Positions 10,243-24,745 of a stretch of 64,000 nt of DNA are shown here, piece after piece. The notes under the pieces were generated by a model that saw nothing but the letters and a program-made list of their open reading frames with translations, searched no databases and was not told where the DNA came from. The DNA lies in NCBI GenBank assembly GCA_964036045.1, contig OZ038379.1, positions 11,470,001 through 11,534,000 of the forward strand, in the 5' to 3' direction. The stretch is from Eutreptiella sp. 'Long Island Sound 2002'. Lineage: Eukaryota; Protista; Euglenida. A program made the translations under genes and the position numbers. Position 1 is the first letter of the stretch. Each line of letters begins with the position of its first letter.

Positions 10243-12950
10243 CTGGTCTACGAAGTGGATCCGCACGACCCCATGGCACAAAATCTTGATGAAAGTGTGA
10301 AGGTATTGACAAAACGTCGCGTGCAACACGATGAAAGGCAAGCGAACTGGTCATGTATACCAACCACCAACCACCAGCCAATCAACCAAAATAAACAAAA
10401 TAAACATGCCCCGGTTTGCCGCCCCCCACCGTGTAATCTGTAGAAGGTTATAGGAATAGGCAAGTACAATCCAAACCCTTGCCAACACGTCTTCCGACGT
10501 GCAACAACAAAAGGTACAAAAGGTACAAAAGGTTTTCCGTGGAGATGTGGCAGAGGGCATCATTTCTTGGGTGGTAGCAAAGATGGTTGAAGGATATTTT
10601 GAAGGGGAGTCGAATGGGTGGGGGGGGAATCCCGATTCATGATCTGGTCCTTGGGGAGTGGGGGGGGGGGGGGTCAACACCCTGATCCATTTTTATGGGC
10701 GTGCACGCTTGTCTTTTTTGAGTGTCTAATTTTTTTCGCCTGGTCCAATGTGCACTGTCTTTTGCTTTTGTGCTATCTGCTAGCCCTCCAATCAATCCAA
10801 TCTAGCCCTCCAATCTCGTTTGATGCATTTTGGATTGTGGCAAGTTGATGATGTGGATGATGTGTGGATAGTAGCTATGTTTTTTTTTGGAAGAATCAAG
10901 AACTTTCATTGGGCAATTAGTTTGTGTGCTTCGTGGTAACGTGTCTTCATGTCATTAATTTTGCATTTATGAATGAGGAACTTTATTGTGCATCAAGAAC
11001 TTTGGTGATTGTTTGTTGCGGTGCGCCGTGCGTGTGTTGTGTGGGGGTGTGTGCGGTGTCCATGGCTCCTTGGCTCTCGTTCACCGTTGTTGTGTTGTGT
11101 GTGCATGTGTGTGGTGTGTGTACACGTGTGCAATGTTGCAAACCAAGCATTTGTTGTCCATTAGGAACTTGCTTCAGTTTTGCTTTATGGATCGAGAACT
11201 TTGTTGTTCTTTGTAGTGCTCGCATCATCTTCAAGACCCCCAAAGATAGCATGACTCATGAGTGATCTGCCCAATGCTGCTTGGCAAGTTCATCTTTGGG
11301 CACCTAATTTGGAATTTTCAAATTTAGCATGGTCAAGGATGTATTTGCTTTGCCATGTGCCTGTCTCTTTGTGGCCTCCCATCGTGGCTCTACGTTGGAA
11401 AGTTCAGGAAGACTTGGTGGTTGGGGCTTCCATGGCAGTACACGCGCGTACGGTCTTTGTTGGATTTTTTTCTCTAATCCATTTTGGGGGGGTTAGGAGG
11501 GTGGGGGGTCATATCCATGTCCAATCTGTGATCCGGTCCATTGGGAGGGTTCCACCACTCTAATCCAGGGGGGATCACATCGCCTAGTCCCCGAAGAGAA
11601 GGTGTAATACTTGAAAGGCGGGTCTTGATCTGCATGTTTGCGGCATATTGGTCAACTCAATTTGCAGTGTCAACACGACTAAATAATAAACAAATGCATT
11701 CCCGTTGTCTAATGTTGACATTTTCCTCAAAATGGGTTGAAATTGCGTGTCAGCAACCGCCACTTGGCGCATCCACATGTGTCAAGTTGTGTGAAGATGC
11801 CAAAGAATGTGTCACGCCCATGCATGAAGCCATGCATGCTAAATTCCCAATTCATGGCCAATTAATTACCATGACGAACAACACAAAAATGTACATAAAT
11901 ACTAATAATAAAAAGATATATATGTATATATATATATAGATATATATATTGAAAAACAAAGATGCTGAACGGTGATTTACACGTGGTGGTGAACCAAAAG
12001 TAACGGTACTCGAGTCGCGTGCGCGGCCTGCACAGAACAACTACTCAGGTAAATTTTGTTATTCGGAAGGCATGCCAATTTTTTCTCCGATTGAAAATTT
12101 ATTTGCTAGATGTGCTGTCGAACATAAGTTGCATTTTCACACGAAGTAATCGATATCGGGAAATCCGGAAATAATTCATCGCAGGAGTGCTGCATATCGA
12201 AACTTTTGTCACTACTTTGGGCTGTCTTCCAAGTGAATGAAGACACAAGGGGAGCCAACGAAGGTCCAACAATCACAACACCAAAACAAGGGGGGTCAAG
12301 TTGTTGCAAAACCCAAAGAGAAAGCGTTCAACTAGCAAAAAGCTGAAACAGATGAGTGAGTGCTTTGTGCATTGCATCATCCAGTGTTTCCCGACCCACA
12401 AATGGGTTGTTTCTCAATCTTTAAGCGTTACACGCCTTCCTTTGCGCCTATATTTTTGTACGTGCTACGTATGCTCAACCATCCTAGCCACAAGGATAGC
12501 CAGCATCTGTTCCTTTGCCTCTTGACGTTTTTCCGGTTTGGGTGATCACATCCAAAATATCACACAAAAAGGCCTCACCAACTGGGACTATTGAGATGCA
12601 ACCCTTTCCTTTGCATAACAATTCAGGCCGGTAACCCTTCCCATGGATATTGCCTTCTTCGTGTATAGATTTCGTAGAACGTCCACGAGAGGGACCTAAA
12701 TAACAAGGGTTCCTAATGTAACTACTGTAGCGAGTGTAGCTCCTTGCGTGACGGCTCATAATAGAGGCTATAGCTTCCTAATGATTTCTACGTGTTGACG
12801 TGCTTCGCCTCTTAGGAAACTCGGCCATCGAGATGTAGCTACAATAATTCTCGAATTCCGCATACATGGTGGGCATTGATCTAGAATAATAGGCTTGCCC
12901 AATCCGGAGCACTAGGAGACGTGGTTCCTCGCAACAAGGACTTCGACATT

Positions 12951-13150
12951 TCATGACCCCGATGCTCCTCTCACTCGTCTACCCTCTTTCCCTCTTCTCC
13001 TTTGCTAGAGGGAGTAGGCGGGTCGCCCAAAATACATAGAGTATAGTTTGCGGCATTTCTATGATCCCGATGCTCCTCTCACTCGTCTACCCTCTTTCCC
13101 TCTTCTCCTTTGCTAGAGGGAGTAGGCCGGTCGCCCAAAATGCATAGAGT
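12951..13150. repeat. ~106-bp direct tandem duplication
   Basis: ATGA.CCCGATGCTCCTCTCACTCGTCTACCCTC...GGAGTAGGC.GGTCGCCCAAAA..CATAGAGTATAGTTTG occurs twice. Confidence 0.85.
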
Positions 13151-13176
13151 ATAGTTTGGATTCGATTTTTCGGCAG

Positions 13177-13279
<103 letters not shown>

Positions 13280-15289
13280 AACGAATGAAAAAGCAAGAAG
13301 AAAGTGGTCCTAAAGCATTGGGAACGCCGAGTGGCCACCAATTTTCTTCTGTTGTGTAGACTGGGATGTAGACAATGTTTGGATCCACGAAGTGCGTTCA
13401 TGGTATCGCCAAACAAGTGCACACGGCAAGCTTCAAGGTAACCAACACCGCACGTAGTGTCGCGTCATTTGTTGTGTGACCTTCGTAGTCCTCTAGTCCT
13501 AGAAGCCATCTTTTCACCTTCTCGAACCCGAATTCCGCGGCCACTTGGTTTGACGGGTTTTGGTTGCCATGCCGAACCGATCCAAAATGATCGTAACGTC
13601 GGGAATTTTGCAAGACAAGCTAGTTGCTCGTGTTCAACTCAAGAAAGCTCGGCCTTCGTCTTTTTCACTTGTCATGTGTAGATGATGCTTCGGATACTTC
13701 GCCGAAGCATGGAGAACAATACCATTTGTGTTTTGCGGACATTCCAAATCGAGATCGGAGTACTAGGCGCTATTGGAAGCTTGTGGTCACCGAGTCTCCG
13801 CGAGTTGCACATCAAAGGTGTTGATTGGTGGTGTGCAGAAGAAGTTGACCCAAGCATAGGGTCTAGGGGCGGGTGGAGGGGGGGGGGGGGCGGGCAAAGG
13901 CTGGTTCAACCGAGCGGGTTTGCCGTTGCACCACCTCCACCCAAACCTAGCGTGAGCCACATGTTATCGCTATCCAAGAACAAGGGCTACACGCCCAACC
14001 ACACTAGCTTGACAAACACGGCGATCACTACCATGAGGCATGGACCAAAGGGCCGGATTTCACCTGATGAAACGTCACCGCGTAACATTGACACCAACTC
14101 CATTTGATTAAGCAACGAGACTTGGGCGGGATGGGCCGGCTTTGAAACACACTAGTGGTTTTTGTTGGTTCTTGTGCAGTACTTGTGTGGAAGCCCTCCC
14201 TCCTAGCCAATATCTTCTTCAACATTAAGGATGCTATGTGCCAAAATGTCCACAATTTTCCCACCTTAATTTGGGGCCTCCCAAAAAAAATCCCCCTTCA
14301 AATTATCCCCCCCCCCCCCCCCCCGACGATATTTCTTTGCAAAGATATCAATGTGTGTGTGCTACGGTGTCCCATCCCTTGTGTCCCCCAACTCTCCAAA
14401 GGGCGTACCCAATGTGTATCCTAGAAACAAAAACTGAGTATCTTAGCAAACGTAAAGTCTCACTAACTCCGGCAAGCAAGACTCCAACAGTCACCATGAA
14501 ACAACGCATCCGTCGAGTCTCCACCAGGAGGTGGGGCTATCGATGGAGACAGACTGGGTTTGTCATGAGGGCGCCCGCTCGTTCTTATTACAGCTGCCAT
14601 GACTGCGATGGTGGGTTCACATGGAATCAGTGCCGTGCAGAAGTAGAGCCAGGAAGTCCATGCCAAAGCCAACACTTCCACCACCACCACCGAATCGCCC
14701 CTAGTCAGCGGGCAGAGCTCGCGATAATATGCAAAGGCCAACAGTACCCCAAAGGGTACCTCGTCCCCGGCAGCGGTATGTGTTGTTTGGTCAAGCGTGA
14801 GGCGAGTTCCAGCAGAGATATGGTCAACGGCGGGGATGCGGTACGGACGGCTCAGCTCAGGGGCACATAGGACATAGCCCTGGTACTAGGGGAGTGGGAC
14901 ACAGACACAGAGGGGGACAGGGCTGGGGAGTGTCAAGCCCCCTCAAAATTGAAGGTTTGGGCGGTTTGCAGGGGCTCCTGTGAACTGAGCCTGCACAAAA
15001 GGGCAGTGCTGAGCTTGTGTCAATTAGCCAAAACCTGAAATTGCCTCAAACTGGGTTCAAGAACTTTGGGGAGTTGGGGGGTTGGGGGTGGGTGGGGGGG
15101 GGGGGATGAACCAGGGTGCCCCTTGGCTCCGCGCTAGTCAGCTTGCCGCACATTTTCAAACCAGTGCAAACCATGACACAAGCTATTGACACCTGCTATT
15201 GACACAAGCTAGTGACGCAAGCTCTTGACACAAGACATTGGCACCAACTGTTGATGCAAGCTATTGACACAAGATTTTGACGCCGCAAG

Positions 15290-16870
15290 CTATTGGAATG
15301 TGCCAGCGTGCAGCAAGCCGGCCCTATGCAGCATGAATTATTTAGGGTAACCAACATGTCACAGGGCTCTCCCATTCCCATTTCAATTCTGGTACCTGCA
15401 CTGTGCACCTGAAAGTGCCAGCGAGCGACGAACATGCCCCGTGCCGCATGAATCATTTGGAGTCAACCAACATGTCACAATGTCTCCATTTCCAAAGTCC
15501 CACCACCAGAAAACTGCGCCACCCTCCCCTCCCCTCACGCGACTCACAGCGAGAAGAGGGCTTGGCAGAAGAGGCAACGGTGGACGTAGGCCAATGGGGA
15601 CTCCTGAGTGCTCATAGCTTGTTTCCCCTTGCCCCAGACGTCTTGCCCAGATTCAACCTGTGGTTGCAAGCCCCACCACGAGAAAAATGCCGACCCCGCC
15701 CCCCCCAACCACCACACCACATTCCTCGTCACTGGCCACCACCAACGCGACTAACAGCGGGAAGAGGGCATGACAGAAGGAGCAACGGTGGACGTAGGCC
15801 AATGGGGACTCTCCAGTGCTCATAGCCCGTTTCCCCTTGCCCCGGACGTCCGGGCCAAATTCAGTTGTGGTTGCAGCGTCCCGCCACCAGAAAACTGCCA
15901 TCCCCCCCCCGTCACGCCACATTCCTCATCACTGCCCAACGTCACGAAATTCATTTAACACCAGTTCCCACTTCCTGCGGTTGAGTGCCTCTCAGTCAAT
16001 TCTGATGTCTGCACTGAGCACCTGAAAGTACCAGCGTGCAGCGAACCAATCCGATGCAGCATGAATCGTTTGGGTTAACCAACACGTCGCAAGATTCTCC
16101 CATTCCCAACTGGTGAGTGCCCCTCAGTCAACTCTGATGCCTGCACTGTGCCCTGAATGTGCCATCGCGCAGCAAAGCGGCCCTGTGCAACATGAACCTT
16201 TCGGTTGACCAACAAGTCACAGGGCTCTTCCATTCCCATTTCTACTGGTGCCTGCACTATGCATCTGCATGTGCCAGCGCACAGTGAACCTGCCTAGTGC
16301 AGGGTGAATGCTTTGGACTCAACGAACCGTAGGATGCCACTCAATCGATTTGACTGCCCGCACTACGCCCTGCATGAGCCATCGCGCAGCAAGCCGGCCC
16401 TATGCAGCATGAATCATTTAGGGTAACCAGCGTGTCACAGGGCTCTCCCATTCCCATTTCAATTCTGGCACCTGCACTGTGCACCTGAAAGTGCCAGCGA
16501 GCGACGAACATGCCCTGTGCAGCATGAATCATTTGGAGTCAACCAACATGTCACAATGTCTCCATTTCCAAAGTCCCACCACCAGAAAACTGCGCCACCC
16601 CCCCCCCCACCCATCCATCAGACCACGTTACGTCACTGCCCACCAACAACGTGACTCACAGCGAGAAGAGGGCCTGACAGAAGAGGCAACGGTGGACGTA
16701 GGCCAATGGGGACTCCCGAGTGCTCATAGCCTGTTTCCCCTTGCCCCAGACGTCCGGCCCAGATTCAACCTGTGGTTACAACCCCCACCACCAGAAAAAT
16801 GCCTCCCCCCCCCCCCCCACCACCACACCACATTCCTCGTCACTACCCACCAACAACGCGACTAACAGCA
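15290..16870. repeat. Nested local duplications: 15325-15730 recurs at ~16400-16865, plus diverged GCAGCATGAATC...CAACCAACA modules
   Basis: Near-identical ORF text MHLKVPASDEHA.C.MNHLESTNMSQCLHFQSPTTRKLRHPP at 15403 and 16479. Confidence 0.85.
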
Positions 16871-18639
16871 GTAAGACGTGGCAGTGGAACGAACCCCTCG
16901 TACATGACGCAAAGCCCCACCGGAAGCAAAATTGCACGACCACACTTCTGGGGTTGCAAGGCTGAACCGTTGCGATGGCACTGTGTGCAGTGTTGTCATC
17001 GCATGTAGGCGAGGTGGGGGAGGTGGTACTGGATACGATGTGGCATGATGTGAATAGTGTCCTGCACACAGTGGTGGGTAGAAGGGTGTGCATTGCTGTG
17101 GGTAGCGTGGGCCATCTCCCAGCCTCGGGTTCAGTTTCCTAGCCTACAGTGTGTGTTGCAGTGACTGGCACCGTGCCCCGATCACGTTGAGTGTGACCAG
17201 GTGCTCTCACTCAAGGTTTTTCAAGGTCTGGCGCGGGGCATCGCCTGCGTGGCAACACCAAGACTGCAGCCGATGGTCTTTACAGTCGGCCCTAGCACTG
17301 TCATACAGCCCTGTTTCAATCATCCGTGATTTGAACGGCTGCCGCCATTTGGGGCTGCCGACGGTGGCTTGCCCAACGGAGGGGACCACCTCGGTGACGA
17401 TCCATGGGCATATTCTGGCTACTGTACAATTTGCATAGAATGTGTGCCATTAGAATAAGCTGCTGCAGAATTTCCCTGGCACAGCCCCCCCCCCCCCCGT
17501 CCATCAGAATAAGCTGCTGCAGAATTTCCCTGGCACAGCCCCCCCCCCCCCCGCTGTGTTTGCTTTGATTGCTCTCAAGACTGTTTCGATGTTTGTCGCT
17601 TCATAGCCTCAGACTGGCCGGTCTCTCGCTCACCAAAGTGATAGTTCAGAGGCGTTGATGTTGGATGAGTGGAATGTGCTCAGCAGCAGCACCGCGGTCT
17701 GCGCATGGGTAGAAGTGCTTCATGATATCCAGAACCCCCCCCCCCCTCTCCCCCCATGGGTGTCGCCAGCACTGGAGGAACACCAAGGGGCAGAAGCACA
17801 TCTGTGGGCATAAGGCCCATTTTCATCTCCCAAAAAACACTTCCTGACCGTCTGTCGACAAAAAATCCGGACAATTTCCTGGTGAAACCCAACCCTCTGC
17901 CTACATCTGTATCACCCGGCACACGTACTGAGCCTTTCCTGCACGCACCCCATGGGTCTGCTCAGGAGGTCACTGTTGGGTTCGGATTTACTGCAAGCAT
18001 GTTTGTCTGTGTTTTCAGGTTGCATCCACTGATCCATCGCACGCCGAGGCCAAACGGAAGTTTGTTGACATGCTGAACGAGAAATTGGCCCTGCAGCAGC
18101 AGGAGACCAAGGAGACAAAAAAGGTGATGGACCCTAAAGTGCAGGTTGACTGCCTTTCAGACTGTGCGTCACACTACGTTTTGTGCACTCCACCCCTCTA
18201 CACAGCGTATGTGTTTAGAGTGTAGTGGCTGAAGGGCGATTCCCCTGGGTTGAAAATGAGCCGAAATAGTGCCAGACCCGGAGCCAAAGCATGGGGTATG
18301 AAGATGTGGCGAAAGAGTTTTTGCGGTGGAGTGCATGGGCTACGAAGGCTGCCACTGCCCTTCGTCAATGGTACCTTCCCTACCCCCTTTGAAATCCCCC
18401 CGCCCCCAGGGGGGGAACCGTCACCTTGGCCCAGAAAGCATAGGAAATACTAGGCGCCGAAGGCGCCAAAGCAAATTTCTACAAGGCGCCGAAGCTGACC
18501 TGCACTGTGATACTATGGTACACATTTGTGGTGAGCCCCCCCTCCCCCCCTTGGACCCCCCCCATCCCCCACCTCCCTTAAGCAAAACTCTGGGGTCGGG
18601 TTTTGAGCCCCTCATTTTCCTATTATCTCAAAATGAGGC

Positions 18640-18945
18640 GGGTGTGTGGCCGGGGGCGTGTCCGGGAGCGCGTGCATGTGGGGGTGCATGCACATGTCAG
18701 GGTAGGTGGGCGGGCGGGTGGGCACGTGTGTCGCGGGCGTGTCAGGGCGGGCAGCCTGGCGTGTTGGTGTGGGCGGGAGGGCGTGTCGGGCGGGCGCAGT
18801 GGGGCGGGCAGGCACGTGTGTCTACACCGGCAGGCACGTGTCTCAGGGTGGGCAGGCGGGCGTGTCACGGTGGGCAGGCGGGCATGTTGGGGCTGGCTGG
18901 TAGGCGTGTCAGGGTGGATGGGCGGTCGTGTCGGGGCGGGCAGCT
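18640..18945. repeat. GC-rich degenerate minisatellite (GGGCAGGCGGGCGTGTC-like)
   Basis: Recurring GGCGGGCAGGC/CGTGT units. Confidence 0.6.
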
Positions 18946-21900
18946 AATTTTTTTTGCGTGAATCTTGCACACTTTACCGGGACAATCACCATGTTGATGC
19001 TGGTTTTGTCAATGCCATGTAGATTATGTGGTCATAAGGCGGGAGGCGGGCCCATTCCCTGTATGCGGACCCCCCCCCCCCCCACCTTGCCCTATGTTTG
19101 ACAGATTGTAGCTTCAGGATCATGATACCAATGGTGCTGCTGATTTCACATTTCAACGTTGAGGAAAGTTGAGTAAGCGTAGGATTAGCGAACACCAAAG
19201 TCAATGCAGTTGCCCAGCACAGAATTTTGTTGTGTGTCATTGTCCAATGCAGGACCTTTTCTCTGTGCTTCACTTTGCTTCTCCTACAACCCCACCACTG
19301 ACCGCTAATCCGAATCAAAGAAGGGTCCGTGTTCCAGGAGTAGGGGTAGGGCTGGGGTTATCAGGGCCTTTCTTTTGGCCTAACACTACTCCAAACCTGA
19401 AAAAGTGAACCCAGAAAAATAATGCGAATTTTATAGTGCGGATTGAGGGGCATACCCCTGCGCCTACCACACTCCCTCTTCCAAGCCCGCCCAGGTTTAA
19501 AGCACCATGGGCCCGCTTTTGGGTTACTCGTGCGCTTTTGGCTCATTTTTTACTGTGCGATGCCACCAGCGGGTGTTCCCTTCAATGGATCTGCACAGCG
19601 TGTGATATGTGTGGGCCGGCGAGTGGGTCTGTCACATGGCAGACCACAAGGGGGCGGGGGGTTGCCTAGTGCACACAAAATGCGTGCACCTGCAAAAGGG
19701 GGGGGGGGGCGCCACAAGAGATGTGTACAGGATGTGATATGGGCTGTGAAATGAGTTGTGCTGATCTTGGAGATTAACCCCGGTCTTTGATCTCCTGCGT
19801 GGCCAACGCTCGCCAGTCTGCACGGCTTGCGTGTTGTAGGAGCAGCTGGTGCTTACACAATGTAAGTGGGTGGAGCTGACGTGGGCGGACCCCGAATCCA
19901 GTGATCTGCTGCAGAGCCCTGACGAGGGCACCATCATGGGACGGTATGTGTGTGTGTGCCTACGTGAAAAGAAGTGCTGCCCACAAGGGGGGCCTTGGGG
20001 ACCGGCATGATGCTCTTTGTTGGGCACTGTGCAAAGTGCGTTGCCACGGGTCTTGTGGGGGCCCTTTTTGTTCTTCTTTCTGCCCTCGGGACCCCCCCCC
20101 CCCCTGCACCTGGTGCACCGTCCTGCCAGCCGCCAACCGTCGTCAGTTGACCGCCAACCGCCGCTGTTGAACCGCTGATTGCCCCTGTTCATCGAGGGCC
20201 CACCAATCCGTCCCTCTTTGTGACAGAAAGGTACCCATGGTCCTCCACAGCCACTGACGGGGCTTTCTTCTGCTTCATGCGCTGCTAACGCTTGCCGGCT
20301 TACTGCCACAACCCAGTCTTCTTTCTGGGCCAAGGGGGGGTTTCCAGGTGAGAAATTCTGTGGAACGAATCCTGCACGACAGTTGTGTAGGGCTTGTGTG
20401 GCATATTCTCGTAGCCCCACCACCACAGGCCAAAGCGCACTACAAAAAATATGATGTGATTTGACATGCACACAGCACAAGTTTCCTCAGTTTGGCAGTA
20501 GTAGGCTCCTGCCAAGCATTCAAGTACTCACCCTCGTCTGTGCCGACCGGCCCAGGTCTGGCGCGAGGCATCGTGTGCGCGTCAAGACCAAGACTGCAGC
20601 CTATGGTCTTTGCAGTCGGCCCTCGCACTGTCATACAGCCCTGTTCCAACCATCCGTGGTGTGAACGCCTGCCGCCACTGCCGTTGACCGCCAACCACCA
20701 TCGATGCAGCACTCGCCATGAAATCCGGGGCCAAAGGCGCCGAACCAAACCTCTATTGCCTTCGGCAACACACCTCGAAGCGTAGAGGGGACTGTGTTAC
20801 CTGTGGGCACACGACGAGTACCACTCACATGAATGCGGCAAGACTACGCACCTTCATATATGAGCTTTGAACATGGTGCGTGGTCACATGTTGAAGGTAC
20901 GGGTTGCTGTGCTATTGGGGCAGCAAACTGGTTAAGCAATTTGTGCACCAGTTTCTTGGGGACTCCCGTCCACAGCACCCAAGGCATATGGCCATTGCCA
21001 ACCAGTTCCGAATGTTGCCAGAGGGGGGGGCGGGGGCGGGGTGAGACAAGTCTCAAGACTTAGGTTGCATTGGTAACATAGGCAGCGCAAAGCAAAACAC
21101 AAATTCAACATGCATAGAAGACACCACCCCCTGCCATGATGCCGCGATGATCATTGCCAAGTGATCATTGTTGCCGGCACCACTTGGCACGCCTTTCCGT
21201 GATCTTTTCCAGCAAAGGCGGTACCGCACGCTCGTGTCCGATTTAACAGGAGGCCACGGATATCCCCGGATTCCACAACAGCCACAAACGGACACCCATT
21301 GGCTTCACATCTTGCGCCTGAGCGGGGGCGGGACCGGTGATGTGCAATATGCCGCAGACACAGCTTTGGCCGTTTTCGGATGGCGGTAGTTGTATTGTTT
21401 TCAGGCGTTTCGGCCGTTTTTGCACAGCGTTATTTGGATTAATTTTTGGCGATTTTAGCCATTTTCGGACACCGCTGTTAGCCCACCATTTTCTCGAGGG
21501 GTGGCAGGTCATGGCAGCAATTCATTAAGAATTTTTTTGTGGGGGAGGGGCAGAGTTTTGCTTAACAACTCAGCATCTCCTTGGGGGGGGGGGGGGCTAA
21601 CACCCCTCCCTCTCGGACCCGATTTGACCAACACCCATGATTTCATGATCTTCGAGCTTTGCAACTTGCATATCTGTTCATAAGAAGCATCAACATTGCG
21701 AGCACATATTCAAATTTCGTCCCAAAAAAGTTGCCTTTATACGCGTAGTCATGTGGTACCTGGCTTTTGCGGTTAATAGTGCCGTCAAAGCGTTAGGAGG
21801 TTGATTTTTTTGACAGGCAGCATCTGACAAACCTACAGAAGCCAGTGATGCGATTTGAAACATTGTGGGAAAAAAGTGAAATGTACAACAGGAAATATTG

Positions 21901-22624
21901 ATTTGGGCTAATTTTTTTGGTACACAAACTGTTGGACTTTTGGGTTCCAGACCCCCCGCGCCCCCTTTTAAGCAAAACTCAGGGGAGGGGGTCAAAAGAA
22001 CCCCCCAAAAACGTGGTAGACCTCAAAAGCATCGGCAAGCAACGCCAATGCGCACACTCGGCACTGAGCAAAGGGAAGAGGGTGGGGGACGGTTCTGGGC
22101 CGGGGGGGGGAGACCACAAATACCAGAGGTCTTCGAAGGAACCCCCTGTCTCTCAGTCGCACACCCGCTCTTCTCAGGCGAAGAATGGAGCCGGCGGATG
22201 CACAGCCCACGTGCAAATCCGTGGTGGAGGAGGACTGACCCTGGGGTCCTGGAAGAGGGGTTACAGTTGGCGATGGGACATGCGAGCGGAGCAAGCAGGC
22301 GGTACCAATTCGGAACAGCTTGCAGTCCATGCTACAGGAGGCGGATCGTGAAGATGGCTGCTCATAGGAAGCCACTCTGCGTCGAAACCTGAAGGACCGC
22401 ACCAGAAAGGCGCACACGGGGGCGGCGTACAAATTCTTGGGGCACAGTGCAGAGCTGCGCAGGGGCGCAGGGTGGGACCGCGAAGGGGCGCAGGGCAAGG
22501 TGGCGCAAGGGCGCAGCATGGGGTTGCGCAGGGGTGCAGCAATGGGCACGGCATGACCTTCAGAAAGAGGGCCAGAAAGAGAGGGGGCTGATGTACAGGC
22601 ATCTGCTGGAGATGGTGTAAAGGC

Positions 22625-22857
22625 CAGGGATGTATTAGAACGACCGTTTACCGTCGGAGGAGGGGGGATCCCCCCCCCCCCCCGCTGGACCCCTCTCCCC
22701 CCCCCCCCCGCCCCTCCTCCCGTTCCACTGTTTGAGGCAGAATTTTCTTCTGCGCCTTTGGTGCAACAGGATTTAAGCTTAAAAAATTTTTTCTGGCACC
22801 TTTGACGCCGGGGTCAGGGGGACCATACAAGGATCCAGTATATCCAATACATCTCTG
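22625..22857. mobile_element. 233-bp hAT-type MITE
   Basis: 15-bp TIRs CAGGGATGTATTAGA / (rc) CAGAGATGTATTGGA, flanked by an 8-bp TSD GTAAAGGC (22617-22624) / GTAGAGGC (22858-22865). CAG-starting TIRs with an 8-bp TSD are hAT hallmarks. Confidence 0.8.
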
Positions 22858-23779
22858 GTAGAGGCCCCCCGGGTGCACCTAGGGTTGGTCGTGCTTTGAG
22901 ATGACGCTGGATGAAGTCGAAGGCATCGGTATCCACCGCTTGGCAGTCATGGGGCAGCTTGTAGGGGTCCTGGAGCACGTCGACTGTACGATCACCTCAG
23001 CCCCAGAGACCCCGTGCTTTGCGGAGACGAATACCTGCCGTGGGCGTGGGTTCCTCTGGGCTTTGATGTTCACTGGCGCTTAGCCACGATGGAGATGGCG
23101 GCCGCGGAGTACGTCCGCACCCCGTCCCCCCTTTACAGACCCCCACACCTTCGTCAAAGGCTGTCTTCAATTGGTTGATTTTTTTTTACCATTTTAGGCG
23201 GGTGCCCAGAATTTTGCTTCACAACTCAACATCTCGCGGGTGGGGGGTGGGGTGGGGGGGATCTAACACCCCCCCCAAAGCCCCCGGTAAGTGATTGGGC
23301 CGCATTGTCCATTGGCCGACAAGGACGGTCAGGGATGGCAATAAGAAGCGCGGGTGGAGATGGGACATGGGAGTGGGTTCGGGCCCTAGTCCCCTGTCTG
23401 CCCTGTCCTGCCACCCCCCCCCCCCCCCCAATGTACAGCTGCAGTAGTATGGCATTTGTTGGTCTTCTGGGAACGGGGGGTTTCAGTCGGGTTTGTTGTG
23501 CCCCGTCCCATGTGAAGACAAAGGCCTCACAATCCTCTGCGGGGTTGGGGTCCCCCCCGCACAGCTCAGCCCCACCCTTTAGCAACGCTCTGCGTGTGCC
23601 TCGTGGGTTCATTTGTATGTCTGCGGGAATGCCCTGTTTCGGTTTCACACGTGGCGACTGGGGAGCGGGTTCTGACCCCCGGCTTGCGTGAACCTGACCG
23701 CCCACTTGTGTCACCATTCCCTTGCCCGTGTGGACTCAAATGGAATTACGAGGGGATTCGAGAATGTCGCCAAAACGCC

Positions 23780-24185
23780 ACAAAGAATACGTCACCCTCT
23801 TTTGGGCCCCCATGAAGGCAGGGGTGAGGTAGCCACTTCTGATTTAGTTCTACTTTATTGGGGACCACTTCTGAATTTTTGCTCCCCGCGCTTGGTGTTG
23901 GGGATCCCCGAGAATGGGGTGACAAAGCATACCCGCCCTCTTTTGGGCCCCCGAGAAGGCAGGGGTGAGGTAGCCACTTCTGATTTTGTTCCCCTTTGTT
24001 GGTGACCACTTCTGAATTTTTGCTCCCCGCGCTTGGCGTTGGGGATCCCCGAGAATGCAGGGGCACCATAGCATTTCCGCCCCCTTTTTGGCCCCCGAGA
24101 AGGCAGGGGTGAGGTAGCCACTTCTGATTTTGCTCCCCTTTGTTGGGGACCACTTCTGAATTTTTGCTCCCTGCGCTTGGCGTTG
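23780..24185. repeat. ~97-bp tandem repeat (about 4 copies); diverged relatives at ~61250-61720
   Basis: Unit includes GAAGGCAGGGGTGAGGTAGCCACTTCTGATTT...ACCACTTCTGAATTTTTGCTCCC.GCGCTTGG. Confidence 0.88.
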
Positions 24186-24186
24186 C

Positions 24187-24745
24187 AAGGCAAACATATG
24201 CTGAGGACGATGGGGGATTGGACTGTCGAACCATAGCCTATTGGGGTGGAGTCTCCGGACTCGAGTCCAAGGGTTGTAGGGATGCGTCCATGGTACCCGG
24301 AGTCTGAGGCATTGCCTTTGCAACTAGGAACAAAATAGAAACAACACCGTTTGTGTGCCTTTCCATAGTAGGTTTCCGTAGTAGTGATGCAGTAGCTCAT
24401 GGTAGGTGGCTGTGTCAAACAAGGTACCCCTCGCCTTTGTCATAGCCACGCCCTTGTCCATGCCACAGTAAGTAGGGACCGTATTTATTTCAAACCTACT
24501 TGAATTCGGTACCAAATGTAGTGCAGTCACATAAGACATGGTCTTGGTGATGAATATGCCAGATACATAGAGTCATCCTTAATATGTCTTCTGTTGCAAG
24601 GCATACATATGCTGAGGACGATGGGGGATTGGACTGTCGGACCATAGCCTATTGGGGTGGAGTCTCCGGACTCGAGTCCAAGGGTTGTAGGGATGCGTCC
24701 ATGGTACCCGGAGTCTATGGCATTGCCTTTGCAACCAAAAACAAA
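24187..24745. repeat. ~150-bp direct duplication (24187-24340 and 24594-24745)
   Basis: GCAAGGCA.ACATATGCTGAGGACGATGGGGGATTGGACTGTCG.ACC...TCCATGGTACCCGGAGTCT repeated. Confidence 0.85.

Noticed and set aside
14496-14870. 124-aa ORF with CxxC and a His run after a possible AG acceptor
   Set aside because: No recognisable family and no clear codon bias.
22880-23000. Minus-strand AFDFIQRHLKARPT, resembling a kinase C-lobe end
   Set aside because: An in-frame stop lies just upstream and there are no other kinase subdomains.
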